A stretch of 64,000 nt of DNA, taken from NCBI GenBank assembly GCA_045541255.1, contig JAZQIU010000045.1:2497-66496 (forward strand), in the 5' to 3' direction. The notes under the pieces were generated by a model. It was not told the origin of the DNA and searched no databases. It saw only the letters and a program-made list of their open reading frames with translations. Shown piece by piece: positions 10,288 to 18,451 of the stretch. This DNA is from Bacilli bacterium (GTDB taxonomy: Bacteria > Bacillota_I > Bacilli_A > RF39 > UBA660). The translations under genes and the position numbers were made by a program. The first letter of the stretch is position 1, and each line of letters starts with the position of its first letter.

Positions 10288-10911
10288 ATGAATAATTTTA
10301 TAATTAATATGATGAATAAATATGGTTATTTTGGAATATTATTTTTGATTACTGTGGAAAATATATTTCCTCCTATACCTAGCGAGGTAATACTTACATT
10401 AGGTGGTTTTATGACTAGTCAAGAAACTTGTACAATGAGTTTATTTGGTGTAATTATTTTTTCTACTTTAGGTTCTATATTAGGAGCTATTATTTTATAT
10501 TATATAGGTTATATATTAAATATAGATAAATTAATAAAATTATGTGATTCTAGAGTAGGTAAGATTTTATGTTTAAAAAAAGAAGATATTAGTAAGAGTT
10601 ATGATAAATTTAATGAAAAGGGAAATTTAACAGTTCTTTATTCTAGATTTGTTCCAATATTAAGAAGTTTAATTAGTATACCAGCTGGTATGAATAAAAT
10701 GAAATTCAGTTTATTTATGATATATACATCTATAGGTTCTTTGATTTGGAATATAGTATTATGTAGTTTAGGTAAGTTAGTAGGTCAAAATTATATGATG
10801 GTTGCTAATGTATTTAGTAAGTATTCTAAGATTATTTGGTATGCTTTAATACTATGGATAATATATAAAATAGTAATGAAAGTTATTAAAAAGAAAAAGA
10901 AAATGTGTTAA
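10288..10911 (+). CDS. DedA-family membrane protein
   Basis: 'YGYFGILFLITVENIFPPIPSEVILTLGG' matches the DedA/SNARE-associated signature. Confidence 0.8.
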   Translation: MNNFIINMMNKYGYFGILFLITVENIFPPIPSEVILTLGGFMTSQETCTMSLFGVIIFSTLGSILGAIILYYIGYILNIDKLIKLCDSRVGKILCLKKEDISKSYDKFNEKGNLTVLYSRFVPILRSLISIPAGMNKMKFSLFMIYTSIGSLIWNIVLCSLGKLVGQNYMMVANVFSKYSKIIWYALILWIIYKIVMKVIKKKKKMC

Positions 10912-10930
10912 ACTAAATTTGTGATGTTTT

Positions 10931-11650
10931 ATGAAGTTAGAAGATATATCAAATATAAAGTGGTGTAAAGAAAGTTATAAAGAATTTGTAGAGTTTTTGT
11001 TAAGTTTACAAGACTTAAAATATAAAGAATTTCATAGTGGATTAACTACTACTAATTATGAGATTATAGGAGTAAGAGTTCCAATACTAAAAAGTATTGC
11101 AAAAAAGATATTAAAGACTGATGTGGAAAAGTTTTTTAGTTTAGTGAGTGATAAATACTATGAGGAAGTTTTTATAGAAGGGATAGTTTTAGCAAATAGT
11201 GGTGAAGAAATATTAGATAAATATTTAGTTAAATTTATAAAAAAAATTGATAATTGGGCAATATGTGATAGTTTTTGTAGTAGTTTAAAAATTGTAAGTA
11301 AAAAACAAGGTAAATATTGGATATATTTTACTGGTTTAATAGATTCTACTAAAGAGTTTCAAACAAGAGTAAGTTTAGTTGTATTAATGAATTATTATTT
11401 GAATGCCAATTATATAGATAGAGTGTTAAAAATAGTAAGTAGTATAAAAAGTGATTATTACTATATAAATATGGCAATTAGTTGGTTACTTAGTGTTGCA
11501 ATTATAGATTATAAAGATAAAGTTATGAAGTTATTAGAGAGTAAATGTTTATGTAAATTCGTTCAAAATAAAACTATAAGTAAGATTCAGGATTCTTATA
11601 GGATAGATAAAGAAACAAAAGAGTTTGTTAAAAAATATAGAATAAAGTAA
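10931..11650 (+). CDS. DNA alkylation repair (AlkD-like HEAT repeat) protein
   Basis: Size and 'FHSGLTTTNYEIIGVRVPILKSIAKK' resemble the DNA alkylation repair enzyme family. Confidence 0.6.
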   Translation: MKLEDISNIKWCKESYKEFVEFLLSLQDLKYKEFHSGLTTTNYEIIGVRVPILKSIAKKILKTDVEKFFSLVSDKYYEEVFIEGIVLANSGEEILDKYLVKFIKKIDNWAICDSFCSSLKIVSKKQGKYWIYFTGLIDSTKEFQTRVSLVVLMNYYLNANYIDRVLKIVSSIKSDYYYINMAISWLLSVAIIDYKDKVMKLLESKCLCKFVQNKTISKIQDSYRIDKETKEFVKKYRIK

Positions 11651-11728
11651 TAGATTAATTTCTATTATTTTTTATTTTGTCCTTTAAAAAAGTATATTTA
11701 TCGTTTATAATTGATAATAGGTGATAAT

Positions 11729-12853
11729 ATGATATATTTAGATTATTCTGCTACTACACCAGTATTGCCTGAAGTATTAGATAGTTATAATAAAGTTACT
11801 AATGAGTATTTTGGTAATCCTAATAGTTTACATAACTTAGGTTTGAAATCTCGTGAATTATTAGAGAGTGCAAAGAAACAAGTTAGTGAACTTTTAAATA
11901 TAGATATGAGTGAATTTAGTTTTACTAGTGGCGCAACTGAGAGTAATAATCTTGCTTTAATAGGTGCTTGTATGGCTAATAAAGGAAATGGCAATCATAT
12001 AATAGTTTCTAAATTAGAACATCCTAGTATTTATGCTATAGTTGATTATTTGGTTAGTATTGGTTATAAGGTTAGTTATGTTAATAATACTGAAGAAGGC
12101 GTTATTGATTTTGAAGATCTTAAAAGTAAACTAAATGAAGATACTATTTTAGTAAGTATATGTGCTGTTAATAGTGAAACAGGTGTAAGACAACCTTTGA
12201 GAACTATTAAACAAGTTATTAATAAATATAATAAAGATATAATACTTCATAGTGATATTACTCAAGCTTTAGGTAAAATTTCAATTAATTTTAATGATTT
12301 TGATTTAGCAAGTGCAAGTGGGCATAAAATATATGCACCAAAAGGAATAGGTTTATTTTATAAAAAGAAAAATGTTAAATGTCAAAAATTATTGCATGGT
12401 AATAAAGATGAATTTCATCCAGGCACTCCAGCTTTACCTTTAATAGTTTCTTTTGCTAAGGCTTTAAGAATATCTTTACATGAGTTAGATAAAAAAGTCG
12501 ATATAGTAACTAAATGGAATGAAAAAGTTATTAAAAATATAAGTAAGTTTGAGGGTATTAAAATTAATAATAGTAAGTATTGTATTCCACATATAATAAA
12601 TGTAAGTTTAATGGATATAAAACCAGAAACATTTATACATGCTATGGAAAGACATGAAATATATATTTCTAGTAATACAGCATGTAGTAGTGGAAAATTA
12701 TCTACAAGTGTTATGGCTTTATATAATGATAGAAAAAGAGCAGAAACTACAATACGTATAAGTTTATCATGTTTAACTAAATTAGAAGAGATAACAGTGT
12801 TCTTAAATACTTTTAATGGAGTATATGAAAAACTACATTCTTTAAATGATTAG
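11729..12853 (+). CDS. cysteine desulfurase (NifS/IscS class V aminotransferase)
   Basis: ATG at 11729 gives 'MIYLDYSATTP'. PLP lysine 'SGHKIYAPKGIG' and active-site Cys region 'SSNTACSSG' are present. Confidence 0.85.
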   Translation: MIYLDYSATTPVLPEVLDSYNKVTNEYFGNPNSLHNLGLKSRELLESAKKQVSELLNIDMSEFSFTSGATESNNLALIGACMANKGNGNHIIVSKLEHPSIYAIVDYLVSIGYKVSYVNNTEEGVIDFEDLKSKLNEDTILVSICAVNSETGVRQPLRTIKQVINKYNKDIILHSDITQALGKISINFNDFDLASASGHKIYAPKGIGLFYKKKNVKCQKLLHGNKDEFHPGTPALPLIVSFAKALRISLHELDKKVDIVTKWNEKVIKNISKFEGIKINNSKYCIPHIINVSLMDIKPETFIHAMERHEIYISSNTACSSGKLSTSVMALYNDRKRAETTIRISLSCLTKLEEITVFLNTFNGVYEKLHSLND

Positions 12854-12993
12854 AATGTAGTTTTTATATGAAATATAATATAAAATATTGTTGTTATTTT
12901 ATATAGATGTATGTTATTATAAATGTTGATATATTTAACATGCGTTAGTTGCACTCCTTAAAATTAAATTTTTAATTTTAAGGAGGTGAGTGT

Positions 12994-13071
12994 ATGACTA
13001 TAAGAGAGAAAACTCTATATTTCATAATACTTCTTCTATTTATTTTAGTATTTATACTATTATTTAGATAG
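12994..13071 (+). CDS. 25-aa hydrophobic peptide (candidate type I toxin)
   Basis: AAGGAGG RBS then ATG gives MTIREKTLYFIILLLFILVFILLFR. The RBS lies in the hairpin CTCCTTAAAATTAAA/TTAATTTTAAGGAG. The peptide is conserved in copy B. Confidence 0.5.
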   Translation: MTIREKTLYFIILLLFILVFILLFR

Positions 13072-13146
13072 AAAAAAAGCACACTAACGGGTTTTGGTTT
13101 AAGTTAGTGTGCACAAACCAATTTAGGAGTGTACCTAACATCCCAC
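13072..13146 (-). ncRNA. candidate antisense RNA overlapping the 3' UTR of the 25-aa ORF
   Basis: Hairpin GCACACTAAC/GTTAGTGTGC (13079-13112) is preceded on the + strand by A7, so it is an intrinsic terminator on the - strand. A TATACT -10-like hexamer sits at 13153-13158 on the - strand. The 5' end is a guess. Confidence 0.4.
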
Positions 13147-13225
13147 ATGTTAAGTATATCCTTTTTTATTTTATGCAAAATTTCTTGCTAAATACATATT
13201 ATCATATTAGTATTATTTAGTCAAT

Positions 13226-13642
13226 TTAACTAAATAAGTTTTCATGATATCTTATATCATATTCACTTTGAATAATACATAAGTCATTTTTTTGTTTAAA
13301 TGTATGAAATATGTTGTTTGAATTTATTATAAATGGTAGTGAATTACCATTTTTAAAATTTATAATAATACTTTCTATATTTTTTTCTTCTTTAATTAAA
13401 TTAAATGCATTTTCTTCTAATTGTTTATTTGTTAAATTATATTCAATTATTTTATTTTTTAATTTTATCATAAAGAAGTTACTTATTAATGAATGATTGT
13501 AATCATCTTCTTTGTATGGTATTTCATCTCCATTATCATCTATATTTGATATATATAGATTACTAAACATTTTGTTATTGGCGATAATTGTTTTATTATT
13601 TTCAAGATTGATAATTATATTTTCTATTGATTCATTACTCAT
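13226..13642 (-). CDS. hypothetical protein
   Basis: 138-aa ORF with an RBS-like GGTGAT upstream and no recognisable motif. Confidence 0.45.
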   Translation of the reverse strand: MSNESIENIIINLENNKTIIANNKMFSNLYISNIDDNGDEIPYKEDDYNHSLISNFFMIKLKNKIIEYNLTNKQLEENAFNLIKEEKNIESIIINFKNGNSLPFIINSNNIFHTFKQKNDLCIIQSEYDIRYHENLFS

Positions 13643-13784
13643 ATTATCACCTAATTAAATTATAGTACAAATTGTTTCTTTTTGTCTATTAAAAAGGTAA
13701 AAAAGTTGAAAAAAACCTAAAATAAATTTAGGGGTTTATTTTTTTTAGAAAGTATGTTATATTATACAAGTAAATTTTATTTGT

Positions 13785-13861
13785 GCGCTCTTAGCTCAAT
13801 TGGATAGAGCGTTAGACTACGGATCTAAAGGTTAGGGGTTCGACTCCCTTAGGGCGCACCA
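13785..13861 (+). tRNA. tRNA-Arg (anticodon ACG)
   Basis: Cloverleaf folded by hand: acceptor GCGCTCT/AGGGCGC, D-arm GCTC/GAGC, anticodon stem TTAGA/TCTAA with loop CTACGGA, T-arm AGGGG-TTCGACT-CCCTT, encoded CCA. Confidence 0.9.
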
Positions 13862-13962
13862 TATGTTTTTAAACTCATGATTGTAGTGAGGTTAGAGATG
13901 ACTAAATATTAGTCATTTTTTTATTGACTTTATAGATGTTTAATATATAATATTCTAATGAA

Positions 13963-15090
13963 ATGAGGGGTTTTGTGAAAAAAACAATAAAAGTTTTTAT
14001 AGATAATGAATGGATTAATGGTAATACTTGTATAAATAGTATTAGTGATTTTTATGAAAGAATCCGTGCTAAAATGGCTATAACAAAAATGAGAAGTGCT
14101 TTTGTAAAAAAATTAGAAAATGAAGGTTATAGTATAATAACGGATAGAAGATTAATTGATGAGCAAACAATATTTTTTATTATGGATGATAAGTATTTAT
14201 GTGATGATTCTGTATCTTTAGAAGAGTATAAAAAAATTTTTGATCAGAGGATGTTTTTGATGGGTGGTAAACTTTTGAATTATCCGCAAACTTTAAATTT
14301 TTATGATTATCTAAAAAATCCTTTTTATCCAGCAGTATTAAAAAATGAATTAGCTAATGGAGGAGTAGATAAATTTTTAATTGAAACTAGAGAACAAGTT
14401 GAAATAATAAAAAAGTTTTATCAAGATAAATGTAGGGATATTAATATACAAGAATTATTTAATTCTTGTATATTTCAACAATATATTGAAACACCATCTT
14501 TATACGATTCATACATAAGAGTTCTTGCAGCATCTAGTGGTGATATAATGGGAGCAAGTTTAAGATACTCAAATGTTTTTTTTCCAAAAAAAGAAATTGT
14601 AGGTGAATTAGAAAAATATTTTTTAGATTCAAAATCATCATATTATTTAAATTGTAAAACAATGTTTAATTATTATTCAGAAGGGAATATTATTTATTTT
14701 AACCAGCCTGGTTTTTCTAAACAAAAGAAAAATATACTTGATGCTCATTTGATAGACTCTAATAATCCTATTATTCCAAGCGATATAGTTGATGTAGTTA
14801 CTTCAATAATGAAAAATTGTAATAGAGAATTAGGATTAATATGTGGTTTTGATTTTATAATGAATAAGCATGATAATAAGTGGTATTATTTAGAAAATCA
14901 ATCTTTTCCAGCTATAGATGAATGGGCTCAAACAAAAAATATAAAAATTCCTAAAAGTAAAGATTTAAATGGTTATATAAAATATTTAGAATTGGATATG
15001 TATGCTAGATATGAGGCATTAAATCTTTATTTAAATAAATTATTAGAAGCAGAAGAAAATAATATTAAATTATCGAAAAGTTATAATTAA
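13963..15090 (+). CDS. ATP-grasp-fold-like protein (family unclear)
   Basis: 'PAVLKNELANGGVDKFLIETREQ', 'FQQYIE...YIRVLAASSGDIMGASLRYS' and 'GLICGFDFIMNKHDNKWYYLENQSFPAI' follow the order of ATP-grasp motifs. The start may instead be the GTG at 13975. Confidence 0.45.
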   Translation: MRGFVKKTIKVFIDNEWINGNTCINSISDFYERIRAKMAITKMRSAFVKKLENEGYSIITDRRLIDEQTIFFIMDDKYLCDDSVSLEEYKKIFDQRMFLMGGKLLNYPQTLNFYDYLKNPFYPAVLKNELANGGVDKFLIETREQVEIIKKFYQDKCRDINIQELFNSCIFQQYIETPSLYDSYIRVLAASSGDIMGASLRYSNVFFPKKEIVGELEKYFLDSKSSYYLNCKTMFNYYSEGNIIYFNQPGFSKQKKNILDAHLIDSNNPIIPSDIVDVVTSIMKNCNRELGLICGFDFIMNKHDNKWYYLENQSFPAIDEWAQTKNIKIPKSKDLNGYIKYLELDMYARYEALNLYLNKLLEAEENNIKLSKSYN

Positions 15091-15146
15091 TTTTGTTGCT
15101 ATTAAATTTATTTAATTATAAAATAAATTTGAGTTAAGGTGATAAT

Positions 15147-15983
15147 ATGTTAAAAGTTAAAAATATAAAAAATTTAGATTTAGAAAATACTATAACTTGT
15201 GGACAAATATTTAGATTTATTAAGGAAGAAGATAATAGTTTTACAATAGTTGTTAGTGATAGAGTTATTAATATAAAATATGATAAAGATACTTTATATG
15301 TTGAGTCTAATAAAGAGGATAATTTAGAAGAAGTTATCAAAGATTATTTAGATTTAGATAGAGATTATATAAGTATTATTAATAATATAAAAAGTATGGA
15401 TAATAAGCTAGGAGAATATTTAGATAGTTCTATAGGTTTAAAGATGATTAAACAAAATCCGCTTGAATGTATTATATCTTATGTTATTAGTCAAAATAAT
15501 AGTGTAAGAAATATACAAAATAGTTTGAATTTAATAAGTGAAAAATATGGTGAAAAAGTTATATTTAGAAATAAAGAATATTATTTATTTCCTAAATTAG
15601 ATAAATTAATAAATATAACTGAAGAAGAGTTTAGACAATGTAAAGTAGGTTTTAGAGATAAATATTTAGTTGGTATTATAAAGTCTATAAATAACAAAGA
15701 GTTAGATATTAATAAGATATATGAAATGAATTCTGTTGATGCAATAAATTATTTAATGAGTTTTAAAGGAATAGGTATGAAAGTCGCTAGTTGTATCTTA
15801 TTGTTTGCATATCAAAAATTTGATGTTTATCCTGTAGATACTTGGGTTAAAAAATTTATGTTAGAAGATTATGGTATTGAAGGTGAGGCAAACATAAGAC
15901 AGTTTGCTAGTGAAACATATAAAGAATATTGTGGTTTAGCTATACAATATATGTTTAATAGTAAAAGAAACAAAGATATTTAG
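15147..15983 (+). CDS. ogg: 8-oxoguanine DNA glycosylase/AP lyase (Ogg, HhH-GPD)
   Basis: 'LENTITCGQIFRF' N-terminus and HhH-GPD region 'FKGIGMKVASCILLFAY...PVDTWV'. Confidence 0.8.
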   Translation: MLKVKNIKNLDLENTITCGQIFRFIKEEDNSFTIVVSDRVINIKYDKDTLYVESNKEDNLEEVIKDYLDLDRDYISIINNIKSMDNKLGEYLDSSIGLKMIKQNPLECIISYVISQNNSVRNIQNSLNLISEKYGEKVIFRNKEYYLFPKLDKLINITEEEFRQCKVGFRDKYLVGIIKSINNKELDINKIYEMNSVDAINYLMSFKGIGMKVASCILLFAYQKFDVYPVDTWVKKFMLEDYGIEGEANIRQFASETYKEYCGLAIQYMFNSKRNKDI

Positions 15984-15997
15984 TATGTAAAATTTAA

Positions 15998-16029
15998 AAG
16001 CAAATATGTAAAAAATATATTGCTTTTTT
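15998..16029 (+). terminator. intrinsic terminator after ogg
   Basis: AAGCAAATAT ... ATATATTGCTT followed by a T-run. Confidence 0.55.
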
Positions 16030-16036
16030 ATTTTCT

Positions 16037-16066
16037 TTGTATTATGATTTATGTATAAGGTATGAT
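16037..16066 (+). promoter_or_regulatory. candidate promoter of orphan pilin gene
   Basis: TTGTAT, 18-nt spacer, TATGAT. Confidence 0.4.
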
Positions 16067-16094
16067 AATACTTATAAGAAAGGTAGGAAAAATA

Positions 16095-16556
16095 ATGAAA
16101 AGATTAAATAAGAAAGGTTTTACATTAGTTGAATTATTAGCAGTAATCGTTGTATTAGCTTTATTAATGGTTGTTGCTGCAAGTAGTATTGGTACTGCTT
16201 TAGACAATTCTAAGAAAAAAGCTTTATTAACTGAAACTCAAAAATTAATTACTAATATTACTGGTGAAGCTCAATCTTTAAAATTAATGGGAAGCTTAAA
16301 TGCTACTAATAAATTAGGTAGTGCATATAATGGTAAAGATGGAGATTATGCGTATAGTGTTACAGTTAATACTCATGGATATATTACTGCATTAACAGTA
16401 TGTTATGGTACTGATTATAAAGCAGTAGCTGAAATTACAACATCTAGTGATGGGTATACAACTACAGTAAAAGCTCCAGCAACAGCAACTGAAATTGCTT
16501 CTGGAGAAACTGTTTGTACTAGTTCATTTGCTGGAAGCGTTACAATTAGTGACTAA
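16095..16556 (+). CDS. type IV pilin / ComGC-like pseudopilin (prepilin-type N-terminal methylation domain)
   Basis: ATG at 16095 gives 'MKRLNKKG/FTLVELLAVIVVLALLMVVA', a canonical G/FTLxE prepilin leader. Confidence 0.85.
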   Translation: MKRLNKKGFTLVELLAVIVVLALLMVVAASSIGTALDNSKKKALLTETQKLITNITGEAQSLKLMGSLNATNKLGSAYNGKDGDYAYSVTVNTHGYITALTVCYGTDYKAVAEITTSSDGYTTTVKAPATATEIASGETVCTSSFAGSVTISD

Positions 16557-16581
16557 ATAATAATAAAAAATGAAAAAATGT

Positions 16582-16610
16582 TTGCATAAATTTAAAACAT
16601 ATGCTATATT
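16582..16610 (+). promoter_or_regulatory. promoter of tRNA-Pro
   Basis: TTGCAT (16582-16587), 17-nt spacer, TATATT (16605-16610). Confidence 0.55.
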
Positions 16611-16643
16611 ATTAAGTAGTTAAGTAATTAACTGCTTTTTTAT

Positions 16644-16720
16644 CGAGAAGTAGCACAGCTTGGTAGTGCACTTGGTTTGGGACCAAGGGGTCGCAGGTTC
16701 GAATCCTGTCTTCTCGACCA
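16644..16720 (+). tRNA. tRNA-Pro (anticodon TGG)
   Basis: Acceptor CGAGAAG/CTTCTCG, anticodon stem CTTGG/CCAAG with loop TTTGGGA, T-loop GGTTCGAATCC, encoded CCA. Confidence 0.9.
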
Positions 16721-16733
16721 TTTATGATTTTAG

Positions 16734-16757
16734 CAACACAAATTGTGTTGTTTTTAT
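16734..16757 (+). terminator. intrinsic terminator after tRNA-Pro
   Basis: CAACAC-aaatt-GTGTTG followed by a T-run. Confidence 0.6.
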
Positions 16758-16909
16758 TTTTACCTTGGTTTCAAATAATGCTAAAAAAGTTTTTATTAAT
16801 TAATGTTTCATAATTGCAGTTCTTTAGATATGTCATAGGGCAGTGTAAATAGTAAAAAAAATATTGATAAATGATCTTTAAAATGTTATTTTTATAATGA
16901 GATGGTATT

Positions 16910-17416
16910 ATGGAAGAAAATAAAAAGATAAATACGCAAATTGTTATTATGGTAATAATAGTTATCATTTTAATTTTGTCATTATTAGGAATGTTATTGT
17001 ATGTAGTTAATGAAAATAAAGTATTAGAAAACAATAAAAATAGTACTACAACAAGTACAAGTACAACCACAACTACTATGCCAGTTATAGAAGATAATAA
17101 GTCTATTGTTGAGAATGTAATTGAAGAATATTTATTATCATTAAAAAGTTCAGGTAAAATAGATAGTTATCAATATGAAGTATCTTTATTAAATGAAGAA
17201 GATTATTGTCCTGGTAAAGAGTATTATCCAGAGAAAATATATGCTCAAGTAGATATTACATATAAAAGATTAGACGAAATGTTTAAAATAAATAATAATG
17301 ATAATGATAATAATACTGATACTGAAAGTGACGATGTTTTTGAAACAACTTCTACATATATAATTAGTAAGATGGATGATAAATATCAAATAGAAGACTC
17401 TTATTTAGAATGTTAA
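16910..17416 (+). CDS. membrane-anchored hypothetical protein with Thr-rich linker
   Basis: N-terminal TM 'IVIMVIIVIILILSLLGMLLYVV', then 'TTTSTSTTTTT'. Confidence 0.5.
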   Translation: MEENKKINTQIVIMVIIVIILILSLLGMLLYVVNENKVLENNKNSTTTSTSTTTTTMPVIEDNKSIVENVIEEYLLSLKSSGKIDSYQYEVSLLNEEDYCPGKEYYPEKIYAQVDITYKRLDEMFKINNNDNDNNTDTESDDVFETTSTYIISKMDDKYQIEDSYLEC

Positions 17417-17673
17417 AATATTTGTTATTAATAAACTTAATTTCTTTTATTCTTTATGGAATTGATAAGTTTTTGTCTATAAAACAAAAATATAGAATAA
17501 GTGAGTTTATATTACTTTGTTTTGGTTTTATAGGAGGGATTTTTGGGTCTTTATTAGGAATAAAAATATTTAATCATAAGACTAAAAAGATTAAGTTTAA
17601 AATATATTTGATTATGTATAGTTTATTGTGGATTTTTATTTATTTGATTTATAAAGGTTATTTATTTAAATAA
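17410..17673 (+). CDS. DUF1294-family membrane protein
   Basis: 'YGIDKFLSIKQKYRISE...GGIFGSLLGIKIFNHKTKKIKF' matches the DUF1294 pattern. Confidence 0.7.
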   Translation: MLKYLLLINLISFILYGIDKFLSIKQKYRISEFILLCFGFIGGIFGSLLGIKIFNHKTKKIKFKIYLIMYSLLWIFIYLIYKGYLFK

Positions 17674-17740
17674 CCTTTTAAATTTGACTATTTTTATTTT
17701 TTATAGTAAAATATTTTCTGTTTGAAAAAGGGGGGTTAAT

Positions 17741-18367
17741 ATGAAAGAGGTATATGTTCCTGAAAAATTTAATTTGGCTGATAATGTTGAAAAAATACAA
17801 GGAAAAATCAATATAAAGGATTTTTTGAAAAAGAGATTTCCAGAATGTTTAGGTATAATTATAGGAACAGCTATATCAACGTTTTTTACTAAAGGGCTAA
17901 ATGTAATGGGAGTATTGGTTTTTGGTACTTACGAAGGGTTTATATTATTAAGTGAAAGATATAAGAATCGTGAAATTGCTAAGCAAAGTTTAAAACATAG
18001 TATGCTTGTAGATGGATATACAGATTTAATAGATGATTTAGATTCAAGGGATTTGAAAAATGCTGTTATACATTCTAGAAAGCCCAAATATGATAAATGG
18101 TGGCTTTTAGATGGGAAAGGTAGAGTAGACAATAAAAAAGTTGTATCTTATATTGCTATTCCTAAAAAGCATAAGTTAATAGTTTTTAAACAAATATTAA
18201 ATCAATATAAATATGAAAATAAAGAAATGAAGGATGCTATGGATGCTCAAATATTTTTATTAGAGGAAGAGGATTTAATAAAAGGTGGAATTATAACTGA
18301 AGATGGGTATTTAAATGAGCAAAATCCATTAGGAAAAAAATTAATAAATTCTAATTTTTATAGATAA
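17741..18367 (+). CDS. hypothetical membrane protein
   Basis: Preceded by promoter TTGACT-17-TAAAAT (17686-17714) and a GGGGGG RBS. Two predicted TM helices. Confidence 0.5.
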   Translation: MKEVYVPEKFNLADNVEKIQGKINIKDFLKKRFPECLGIIIGTAISTFFTKGLNVMGVLVFGTYEGFILLSERYKNREIAKQSLKHSMLVDGYTDLIDDLDSRDLKNAVIHSRKPKYDKWWLLDGKGRVDNKKVVSYIAIPKKHKLIVFKQILNQYKYENKEMKDAMDAQIFLLEEEDLIKGGIITEDGYLNEQNPLGKKLINSNFYR

Positions 18368-18451
18368 GTCAAGAAAAAATTATTTAACTTAATAGTTTAC
18401 AATAATTTTTTTTTTTGCTATAATTTTTTATAGAATAGGAAGGTTGTTATT

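Larger units (their letters stand above)
12927..13195 (+). repeat. family-1 small-ORF/antisense element, copy A (inverted partner at 28198..28456)
   Basis: About 260 bp is roughly 90% identical by eye to the reverse complement of 28198..28456. Confidence 0.85.
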
